In this document: positions 15,659 through 24,100 of the stretch, one piece after another
How the letters are laid out: each line of letters opens with the position of its first letter
Numbering within the stretch: the first letter of the stretch is position 1
IMG/VR virus record: IMGVR_UViG_3300029448_000113
Location: 1 to 39,659 of that record
DNA: 39,659 nt
Source of the DNA: a virus
Lineage: Duplodnaviria; Caudoviricetes
Reading direction: 5' to 3' (one strand)
Program-made: the position numbers and the translations under genes
Notes under the pieces: model-generated
Seen by the model: only the letters and a program-made list of their open reading frames with translations
What the model was told of the DNA's origin: nothing
The model's database searches: none

Positions 15659-16795
15659 ATGGAAGATACACAAGAAACCAAGATGGCTCATGACTTCAAA
15701 GTTGTGAGTGGAAATGCAATGTACCCCAGCGGCCCACAAGAAGGGCGTCCGATTGAGGGTTACAAAGCAATATACAGGGAGGACAATGGCTTATGTTTAG
15801 GTCAGCACTCAGATGACTACGGTATTGTACAATACACAGACCTCAAGGAGTGCGTAGACAATGCCATTCAGTTCTACCTAGGAGAGAAGGACATGGAAGA
15901 TGTTGGACTCACGTTCCAATCGCAGACGTTCCCATCTACGCGAGGTAAGATAGATGGAGGCAAGTGCATTATGAACTGGAGTCTGCCAATGTTCCAAGAG
16001 AAGGAGGTAGAGACAGGCGACATACTATCATGGGATGTTCGCATTAGGAGCAGTCACGATGGTAGCTGGTCTGTCGAACCTGAAACTGGTGTCACTCGTG
16101 TGGCTTGTATGAATGGCTGGACAACACGGTCAGTAGTCAAGCGAGCTACGCTCAGGCACACCAAGCACATCAACATAGAAACCGTAGTGAAAGCACTGAA
16201 CAATTCGTTAGAGGATTTCCGTATGGGAGTCAACGAGTACGGGTTTATGTTCAGAGACTTACGCACTCAAGTTACCTGCCAAGAAGGTCTTAACATGATT
16301 GAGAACCTGTTCGGTCACGGTAGGAAGAGCACACGCAAGGCCGTTCAAAGCATCTGGGCGCAGCCGACACGGTGGAATAACATACCGCTGGGTAGGCATC
16401 CCTTCAAGGACAAGACTTGGCACAACCACTTCCACGATAACAACAGGCTTGTTACTCTAGATGAGGGTACTAGCAGAGAGGAAGCATGGAAGTTCCCGCA
16501 GCGTACTGATCGAGAGTCTACCGCTGCTGTTGGTGATCTATTCAACTGCATCACGCAACACCTAACACATGAGGATGGATCACTGGTCAAGCGGTCAGTA
16601 GAAACCCAGCGTGTACTCAAGGAACTGATTGACTTCTGTGCTAGAGATGATGACAAGTTTGAGGACATGAAGCTCACTGGTCAGCGTGTTACCAAGCGCA
16701 AGTCAAACAGGACACCTAAGAGTGGCATCACTGGGTACGCTGTGAGAGAGCACCGACCTCTTGCTGCTGCCACACAGGAGACAACCAACAACTAA
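15659..16795 (+). CDS. DUF932 (phage/plasmid LGT_TIGR03299-like) protein
   Basis: Motifs AIYREDNGLCLGQHSDDYGIVQ, SSHDGSWS, RVACMNGW and LRHTK. Confidence 0.85.
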   Translation: MEDTQETKMAHDFKVVSGNAMYPSGPQEGRPIEGYKAIYREDNGLCLGQHSDDYGIVQYTDLKECVDNAIQFYLGEKDMEDVGLTFQSQTFPSTRGKIDGGKCIMNWSLPMFQEKEVETGDILSWDVRIRSSHDGSWSVEPETGVTRVACMNGWTTRSVVKRATLRHTKHINIETVVKALNNSLEDFRMGVNEYGFMFRDLRTQVTCQEGLNMIENLFGHGRKSTRKAVQSIWAQPTRWNNIPLGRHPFKDKTWHNHFHDNNRLVTLDEGTSREEAWKFPQRTDRESTAAVGDLFNCITQHLTHEDGSLVKRSVETQRVLKELIDFCARDDDKFEDMKLTGQRVTKRKSNRTPKSGITGYAVREHRPLAAATQETTNN

Positions 16796-16799
16796 AAGA

Positions 16800-16845
16800 A
16801 ATGGAGGGGCAGGGGGCTGATGCCTAATTTCCCTGCCCCTCCTTT
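16800..16845 (+). terminator. GC-rich hairpin after the DUF932 gene
   Basis: Perfect 12-bp stem GGAGGGGCAGGG/CCCTGCCCCTCC followed by TTT. Confidence 0.6.
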
Positions 16846-16900
16846 GACGTTACGAGCGAGGAGTCGTGAGAGTTGTAATGACTGAGAGGAGGTTAATCAA

Positions 16901-17179
16901 ATGAAAGATACTAGTCAAATATCACAGGTTATGCCCTACCGAGTTGAACCCATGCAAGTGAAGTTCATGGAACAAGATATACCTGACTACTACAAGTATC
17001 GTGTGGTAACAGTTAGTGGCAATCCCGCTGGGCCAAGGCTGCTAAAGAGTAACCCGCCGCCGTATGTTAAAAGCTGGGGGCCGTTCGATACATGGGAGGA
17101 AGCTGAGTCTTTGATGGACTTACTTACTAGCCACACAGAGAAAGCAGAAGAAACAAAATTCAAGAGGAGGAGAAAGTAA
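16901..17179 (+). CDS. Hypothetical protein (92 aa)
   Basis: SD GGAGG; TAATG coupling to the next gene. Confidence 0.7.
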   Translation: MKDTSQISQVMPYRVEPMQVKFMEQDIPDYYKYRVVTVSGNPAGPRLLKSNPPPYVKSWGPFDTWEEAESLMDLLTSHTEKAEETKFKRRRK

Positions 17180-17370
17180 TGCACTTAATAAACATCACCA
17201 ATGTAAAGAAGGAAGCAATAGAAACATCCAAGAGATTCAAGGGTGGCAAGTTCACTATGGTATCCAAGGAGTTTCTTAACGAGGTTGAGGAGGACGTTCG
17301 GTTGCTGGTGTACAAGAAGGTCATGGCCCACCCAAGTAAGGGCAAGACATTGCGAGCACTTCGAGGTTGA
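17179..17370 (+). CDS. Putative minimal histone-fold protein (63 aa)
   Basis: LINITNVKKEA / xVSKEFLNEVEEDVRLLV / GKTL pattern parallels the short prokaryotic histone alpha1-L1-alpha2-L2 arrangement. Confidence 0.6.
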   Translation: MHLINITNVKKEAIETSKRFKGGKFTMVSKEFLNEVEEDVRLLVYKKVMAHPSKGKTLRALRG

Positions 17371-17594
17371 CCTGTAAGTACAGGCGTACATATAATGCGC
17401 CCGTGCCAATCAAGATCACTAAGAAGGACAAGTACAAGGACGGTAAGAGACTCCGTTCCTATCGTTTATCAGACGCAACAGTCGAGAGGCTGGATGATCT
17501 AGCAAAGTCTACGGGTAAATCCAAGACCGAGGTAGTCGAAGAACTCATTCACTTAGCGGAGGTAGACGATGAACTCGAAACAGAAGGGAGCTAG
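17367..17594 (+). CDS. Ribbon-helix-helix (CopG/Arc-like) DNA-binding protein
   Basis: RSYRLSDATVERLDDLAKSTGKSKTEVVEELI. Exact start uncertain. Confidence 0.8.
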   Translation: MTCKYRRTYNAPVPIKITKKDKYKDGKRLRSYRLSDATVERLDDLAKSTGKSKTEVVEELIHLAEVDDELETEGS

Positions 17595-17910
17595 AGGCGA
17601 GAGGCTATGGCGTGATGTCATACGCTCTTATGGATTCGATGCAATCCGAGGGTGTCAGAACGCTGGCCGATTCGCAGGAGGGCAGGAGGCTCCCGATGTA
17701 ATAACAAACCTGCCCTTCCACTTTGAAGTTAAGTTCGTAGAGAAACTCAATGTGTCTAACGCAATGGCTCAGGCTAAGAATGATTGTGATGGCAAGCCAC
17801 CGTTAGTAGCACACAAGAAATCTAGAGAGAACTGGTTGGTTACAATGGAGTCCGACCTTTTCTTTCAACTAGTACGGGGCGAAATCCCCATTAACCAAGA
17901 AGGAAAATAA
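17569..17910 (+). CDS. Holliday junction resolvase-like PD-(D/E)XK nuclease (Hjc type)
   Basis: MNSKQKGARGER, APDV, HFEVK, QA..D and WLVTM motifs. Confidence 0.88.
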   Translation: MNSKQKGARGERLWRDVIRSYGFDAIRGCQNAGRFAGGQEAPDVITNLPFHFEVKFVEKLNVSNAMAQAKNDCDGKPPLVAHKKSRENWLVTMESDLFFQLVRGEIPINQEGK

Positions 17911-17912
17911 GT

Positions 17913-18461
17913 ATGAGCGAAGAGAACCAAGAGAGTGTTCCCGTTACTGCGGAACAGCAAGTAGATGCACTGAACAAGGTCATTGAGGAGATGGCCGAAC
18001 ACATGGAAGAACTGCAAGCCAAGGTCAAAGAGGGAGAGGATTGGTCAACATCCAGTACCGCTACCGGAAAGCTGGCTGCTGCACTATCCAAAGCTCAGGG
18101 TGAATGGGCTAAAGGTGTTATGGCTGGCGGCGACAACCCGCACTTCAATAGTAAGTTCGTTGAGCTAAAGGATGGTGTTAGTATCGCTGCCCCCGTGCTC
18201 GCTAAGAACGGTCTGTGCGTCACCCAATCAACTGTACCTAAGACCTGCAACGGACAGGACAGGATGTTCCTAGAGACTGAGCTATCCCACACATCTGGTG
18301 AGTGGCGTAAGTCTTACTGGCCCATGAGCCCCGAACGTAAGGGGCAACAGGCTATGGCTAGTGAGCACACCTATGCTTGTCGCAGGTCTTACCTTGGCTT
18401 GTTGGTTATCCCAGCATTCAAGGATGACGATGCAGAAGCTTCAGAAGGGAGAGGTAAATAA
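17913..18461 (+). CDS. erf: ERF-family single-strand annealing recombinase
   Basis: LAAALSKAQ, NPHFNSKF, LAKNGL..TQ, LSHTSGEW, Q..ASEHTYACRRSY and DDDAE motifs. Confidence 0.9.
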   Translation: MSEENQESVPVTAEQQVDALNKVIEEMAEHMEELQAKVKEGEDWSTSSTATGKLAAALSKAQGEWAKGVMAGGDNPHFNSKFVELKDGVSIAAPVLAKNGLCVTQSTVPKTCNGQDRMFLETELSHTSGEWRKSYWPMSPERKGQQAMASEHTYACRRSYLGLLVIPAFKDDDAEASEGRGK

Positions 18462-18640
18462 TGGCTAAGGACGCGTCCTCCAAACCGGAACACGGGGGGC
18501 GCGTCCCTACCATACGAGAATGCGATGAGTTTAATCGTGCCTTTAACAAGTGGTACAAGAAACGATTCGGAGGAACTTATGGGTATAACAAGCACAAAAA
18601 CACTAATCCCAGAAAATCTGGAAAAGAAAACAGCCCCTAG
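18461..18640 (+). CDS. Small basic hypothetical protein (59 aa)
   Basis: Not in the track. TAATG coupling to erf with SD GAGGT; MAKDASSKPEHGGRVPTIRECDEFNRAFNKWYKKRFGG... Confidence 0.55.
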   Translation: MAKDASSKPEHGGRVPTIRECDEFNRAFNKWYKKRFGGTYGYNKHKNTNPRKSGKENSP

Positions 18641-18788
18641 TCGGCATCACAAAACCCTATCACCATCCTCATTCCCCGCCCTTGAGGCTTGTCCTTGCTA
18701 CAAGTCTAGAGAAGGGGGGAGTAGTGCGGCTGCTGATAGAGGGAACGAACTACACGAACAACTAAGCGAGCTACTACAAAATGAGTAA
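18579..18788 (+). CDS. N-terminal fragment of a PD-(D/E)XK (Cas4/DUF2800-like) exonuclease
   Basis: SD GGAGG before ATG 18579. LSPSSFPALEACP..AADRGNELHE is the canonical N-terminal motif of this family. Confidence 0.7.
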   Translation: MGITSTKTLIPENLEKKTAPSRHHKTLSPSSFPALEACPCYKSREGGSSAAADRGNELHEQLSELLQNE

Positions 18789-19626
18789 GACTTACGAGAA
18801 AGAAATTGTAGAGGCTGCTGAATACATCAAGCGTGTGTCTGGCGATAACCCAATCGAGTCAGAGATAGAGGTCAAGCTGATGCGTGATGGTGAAGAGATA
18901 ACATTCGGAACCTATGACGCATATAGTAAAGGACATCTGTTCGACTTAAAGACGGGTCAGATGGAGAGGAACTATGTACCGCAGATGGCTGTGTATGCAG
19001 CAGCTATATGTCAGCGGGATAACGTAGAACAAATCACCTGCCACCTGATCTACTCTACTCTGGGTAAGATCGACCAGTTCACATTCAGCAGGGAGGAAGC
19101 TGAGACACTTGCGTTTCGTATTGTGGATTCAGTTAAGAACCCAACCAGATCACCTAACCCGTGTGACTACTGTAACTGGTGTCACCACACTGAGTATTGC
19201 ACCGCACTCAGGTCTACTGCAATGACGGTAGCCGAGAAGCAAGGGCTGATACTCAAGGAGAAGGTCGATGCAATCACGGACGGCAAGACAATGGGCGTGT
19301 TTAGTGACGTTGCTCAGGTCTGCGGTTCGTTCATTGAAATGGTTAAGAAGAAAAGAGATGAGTTCGACGAGGTAGATGGATGGTCAAAGTCTACCCGCAA
19401 GGGAACCAAGAAGATAACAGATATAACCGGAGCACTGATTCAGTCAGGAATGCCAGCCGCTGTATTTGTTAACGCCTGTACCGTGTCGTACTCAAAGCTT
19501 AGGAAACAATTTGCTGAACACAAAGGAGTCAGCGAGCAAGAAGCAGATAGGGAATTGTCCACCCTTATCTCTTCCGTAATAAAAGAAGGACACCCAGTTA
19601 AATACTGGAGAAAGGATAAAGCATAA
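18781..19626 (+). CDS. PD-(D/E)XK exonuclease, catalytic/C-terminal part
   Basis: E..GTYD..FDLKTG..QMAVYA motifs and Cys cluster CDYCNWC..C; partner of ERF. Confidence 0.85.
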   Translation: MSKTYEKEIVEAAEYIKRVSGDNPIESEIEVKLMRDGEEITFGTYDAYSKGHLFDLKTGQMERNYVPQMAVYAAAICQRDNVEQITCHLIYSTLGKIDQFTFSREEAETLAFRIVDSVKNPTRSPNPCDYCNWCHHTEYCTALRSTAMTVAEKQGLILKEKVDAITDGKTMGVFSDVAQVCGSFIEMVKKKRDEFDEVDGWSKSTRKGTKKITDITGALIQSGMPAAVFVNACTVSYSKLRKQFAEHKGVSEQEADRELSTLISSVIKEGHPVKYWRKDKA

Positions 19627-19630
19627 TACT

Positions 19631-19903
19631 ATGCCACAAGAAAAACTAGGTAACGGAGTTCTAATGAAGAACGGTTACAAAGAAGAGGGTGACAAGAAAC
19701 CAGAGTACACTGGGCCTTGCACGTTAATCGTTAACGGTATGGAGCAGGAGGCAGAGATCGCCGCTTGGGTTAAGACTGCATCGAAAGATACGGCACGGCT
19801 CAAGACAGGTGACAAATACTTCAGCTTCCAGATTAGCGAGAAGTTCAAGAAGGACATTGCCCCGCAGAGCAACGCACCTGCTGACGATCAGCCACCATTC
19901 TAG
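19631..19903 (+). CDS. Single-stranded DNA-binding protein (DUF736/Drc-like)
   Basis: GVLMKN..K..KKPEYTG..IAAWVK..YFSFQI motif and SSB-like acidic tail DDQPPF. Confidence 0.75.
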   Translation: MPQEKLGNGVLMKNGYKEEGDKKPEYTGPCTLIVNGMEQEAEIAAWVKTASKDTARLKTGDKYFSFQISEKFKKDIAPQSNAPADDQPPF

Positions 19904-19909
19904 GACGTT

Positions 19910-20341
19910 ATGAGCGAGCGAGCATCATACGCCCATAGGAAATGGGGCAAGGTTGGGATGTTAACTAACCCCGACAAAGAACAAGCTGCCGTTCTAGATA
20001 GAGCGATAGCTGCTGTAGCAATAGCCAGTGGAGTATCTCCAGCCAAGCTTGTCAACAAGGACAGGCGACCTGAAGTATGTGACGCTAGGTTTATTGTTTA
20101 TCATATCTGCATGAACGCAAACGTAGAGTTCTCTCGGAGCAGTCTGGGTAGGGCTCTTGGTAGGGATCACGGTACTATCATCAACGGTATTAACATTGTT
20201 GACGAGAGACTAGACCCTAATGAGAGAGCGTTTGCTGAGTTCCAGATGCTATACAAGAGGACTATGAAAGAATACGAGAAACTAAAACATGAGAAAGACC
20301 CCAAACGTATGGTACAGGAACTCTGTGTACATGATGGATGA
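19910..20341 (+). CDS. DnaA C-terminal (domain IV) HTH protein
   Basis: GVSPAKL..KDRRPEVCDARFIVYHI..SRSSLGRALGRDHGTIING matches the DnaA domain IV signature (RDHTTV). Confidence 0.85.
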   Translation: MSERASYAHRKWGKVGMLTNPDKEQAAVLDRAIAAVAIASGVSPAKLVNKDRRPEVCDARFIVYHICMNANVEFSRSSLGRALGRDHGTIINGINIVDERLDPNERAFAEFQMLYKRTMKEYEKLKHEKDPKRMVQELCVHDG

Positions 20342-21104
20342 CAAGGAAATGATCTACCTCCAGAAGCGTGACTGTGCTGGTTGCGCTGTATGGGAGTGGA
20401 TCAAGTCCGACTGCTGGAAACGCACCAGACCTGATCTCAGGGAGCTATCCGAGATAGAGAAGGAAGGTGTAGCCGAAGCTCTAGGTATGTTTACCGAAGA
20501 GGGGTTCGGAGACTCAGCCAGATTCGACAAGATCATTGAACTGTTTAAGAAACTTAAATGGATTAACGATGCTGGAGAGATCAAGGGCTGGGATAAGTGG
20601 CAGTCAGTCAACACCAGAGTAGAGGACGCAGCAAGAAAGCGTGTGGAATACTGGGAGAAACGTACAGAAGATTACGACACCCCAGAGATACCACCCCCGC
20701 TGGACACTGATGAGTTCAAGATGAAATGGGAAGAGTATGAGAAGTATCGTAGACAAAACGGTATGAAGAAGCTCAAGCCTATCTCAGTGAGCAAGATGTG
20801 GTCAGAGATGTGCGGGTGGGGCGGTGCTGAACCTGCTATACGAGCTATCGAGACAACCATGACAAAGGGATGGCAAGGTATATTTGCCCCCAACAATGGT
20901 AGTGGCGGTGGAACGCGTGGTGGTGGTAAGCCGCAAACCTACGCAGGTAAGCTGTGGGCTCTAGGAGAACACAAGAAAACACTCGTCGAAGAACGGAACA
21001 GGCTCAAGGAATGGGAGCCGACCAAAGTAGACGAGATCAAACAACTGAATATCAAGATCGGTAAGATCAATAAGTCGATCAAGGAATTGGAACCTGATAT
21101 TTAG
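20289..21104 (+). CDS. Phage replication initiator / replisome organiser
   Basis: N-terminal WYR..MDDKE, winged-helix end IKGWDKWQ..AARKR, and C-terminal F...WEEY..YR..AIE.TM.KGWQGIF domain. Confidence 0.75.
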   Translation: MRKTPNVWYRNSVYMMDDKEMIYLQKRDCAGCAVWEWIKSDCWKRTRPDLRELSEIEKEGVAEALGMFTEEGFGDSARFDKIIELFKKLKWINDAGEIKGWDKWQSVNTRVEDAARKRVEYWEKRTEDYDTPEIPPPLDTDEFKMKWEEYEKYRRQNGMKKLKPISVSKMWSEMCGWGGAEPAIRAIETTMTKGWQGIFAPNNGSGGGTRGGGKPQTYAGKLWALGEHKKTLVEERNRLKEWEPTKVDEIKQLNIKIGKINKSIKELEPDI

Positions 21105-21110
21105 TGCAAC

Positions 21111-24100
21111 CTACCTAACGGGCTCGGTAATGTAATCAGACATGGACTCACCGCGCATCGCCATCTTCTCCATTAAGACGTTGGCAACATCCTGAGTCAG
21201 TATCTTCTTACTAGCCAAGTCCGTTAGGTAGACCTTTACTTCTGCTGGCTGCAATCCCTGCATCTTCTTCAACACCACCGATGCCCGTGCGGCAGACGAT
21301 GAGTTCTTCAATCTTATTTCATCAGGCTCAAGGCCAAGAGCCATTTCCCTCAACCTTCTGATTACTGCCATGTTCACCAACTCCTCATTACTATTGCGAG
21401 GAACAGGCAACATCCTAACCCTATCCTGAATGGTCATCCCCCTAGTGTCCGTCATGAACTTGTCAACCACCCGCCGCCTCATAACACGCTGAGTAGCATC
21501 CAGCTTGTTCTCGTCGTTCAGTATCTCATCAAGCTCAGTCTCTTTCAGGAATGTGCTACGGGCTAACCTACTCAGCAGCGGCGTAGATGAAAGCGTCCGA
21601 CCGATAGGCATTGTTCCATCTTGGTTCGGTATGCCTGTGTTCTCAGGTGGCGTGAACTGCGTAAGCAATCCGGCGGTCAGTCCATTGACCATGTGCTCCA
21701 TCCTTAAAGCACCCAACCCAAAGTGTACGTTCCTGTATATGTTTGGTGTCTTGTCAAAGAACTGCTGGCTAACGTCTGCTCTCTCCAGTGAGGGAGGTAC
21801 GATTGGCTTGTGCCTAAAGAAGTTCCTGTTACTTAGAACCTCTATCGGGCCTTTCAGGATCGGGTTAAGGCTGGACATCACACTCTCACCTGTCTTGATA
21901 ACCTCACCATCAGTAACACCAGCAACATTAACTGGCATACTAGCCTCAACCCAGTGACCTAGCATTTCGCTAACCGCCTGTGGGTCTTTCTGATAGTACC
22001 AATCAAGAGCCTTCTCCATCGTGTAAGAGAACAAGCCGAATGTCTCCCTTCTGGGAATCCTGATGTAGTCAGCAACCATCTTACCTTCAATGTACGGATG
22101 CTCAAAGTATTCGCCTAGAGGGATGTGTATGTAGTTCTTCTTATCCTCGTCAGAAATCTGGTCGTAATCATCCTCACGATCCTCGTTCCTTCTGTTCATT
22201 GACCAAGCCCAGATCGTAGGCAGGACTGCGAATGCGGAAATCTTCATGCCGACCATCAGTGCCTCACCCTTCTCCTGAGATGTACCGCTAAACACCTTAG
22301 ATAATCTACTGAGGTCACGCTCAACACCCTGTATTCTAGCGTTAAAGAACAAGAACAGTATGTTCAGTGCCTCATTCTTTGTGACTTCACCTTGCCTCAA
22401 GAAGTCTGGGGAGCCAGCGAAGTTCCTTATCTCAGTGGCAATGAAGTCCATCTTCTCATCAATCTGATTCTTGATGGCTACCTTTGCGGCGGATGTCTTA
22501 GCCTTATCCATCTTGGATCGCAGCTTCTCTATCTCTTCAAAGCCCATCATCCTCTGCATCCCCACCATCTTAGATGTCTGCTCAAGAGTCTTACCAAACT
22601 GAGAGAGCTTTGCAGTGACAGCCGTTAACGGGTTCTTGCGTGACAACTTCTCTCCACTGAGAACGTCTCTTATGTGGTCAGGCTTGTGGAAGTATTCAGC
22701 AATGGTTGAACCCGCAGCACCGCTGTTAATAAACTCGCTGTAAAGATTGTCTAAGCTTTGAGTAAACTCAGGTGACTTCTCAGACATCAGGTTCTTGATA
22801 GAGTTAGGTGTAAGGTTGGCCCACGATGCTGCCATCATTGCTCTGATGTATTGCTGCGCCAGCACCCACGGGTTAAGACCTTTATCTCTATTCTTCATCC
22901 CAGCCCTAGATGTAGTCAGCAAGCGGATAGGGTCAAACATTGCAAAGTTAAATGCTTGGAAGAATATATTAACACCAGTAGCACCCATCTTAAATATATC
23001 ACCAAACACCTTCATTGCTCTGTGTGCTTGGGATGCACTCACTGGCGTGAACCTGTTAGCTACATCAGTAACGCGCTTGTCTAATCCAATGTAACGCTTG
23101 CGTCCGTTCTCGTAGAACATTAACGCACCCTTGCCTGAGCCTTCCGACAAATCTTCTGGGTCTATTATCCTAGTGATGTGATTGCCGTCAGGATCAAAGT
23201 CATTTCTCCATAGGTCTATCTTCTTTATGTATTCATTCTTCTCCGCTCTCAGCGTACTGTAGTAAATCTTAAACCTACCAGCATCCATCGGCTTAACGAT
23301 AGTCTCACCTACGTCAGTGATTCCCTTAATGGTCTGGCCGAACGTGTCCTCTGGGTTGCGGTTAAAGTACCTAACAACATAGAATGGAACGTAGAATGAT
23401 GTGCTTCTCTGTATGGAGTTGTACAGTGTGGGGCTGAGTACGCCAGCCTGACGCAGCTTCATTAGTGCTCCCTCCATGTGCGAGTGATACTGTTCCTGCG
23501 CGTCAACAAACTTACCAGTAACCTCACCGTTCACCATATCAAGAACTTCAGGGTCAGCTATCTTATCCTTGAGGAAGTTAATGCCTGAGTAATAGTCATC
23601 CTTGAATGAGTTCCAATCTTTGTACGGTGCAACTTCTTTCGAGATGCCAAGTATTCTAAGGTACTCCATCTCAAGTTCATCCCTAGTCTTTTTAATACCA
23701 TCAACTACCCAGAAGTCTTGGTTATCATCCCTGAGATCAAACTCAATCGGGTCGCCCTTCTCATCCAGAACCCAGTTGCTCTTATCTTGGAACTGTCTAA
23801 GCCTAGGCTCTAGCTCACCCATCTTAGTCTGCTGATCTATTAGGCGAGACTTGATCCGCTCAAGGATAATAAAGTCAGACCACTCATCATCTATCATTCC
23901 ACTCGCTCTGCCCAAAGCACCTTCTACATCACGCTCCATAACCTGAACATCCCAATCAGCTTTAGGTGCAGCACCAGCTTGGAGTTCCGCTAGATGAGCT
24001 AGGTTTGTTTTCCCTTGCAGTGATGTCTTATCAACGACCTTCTGTAATACCTCCCAAGGATGCTGAGAACTTACGAATGCGCTCTTAAACTTATCCCAAG

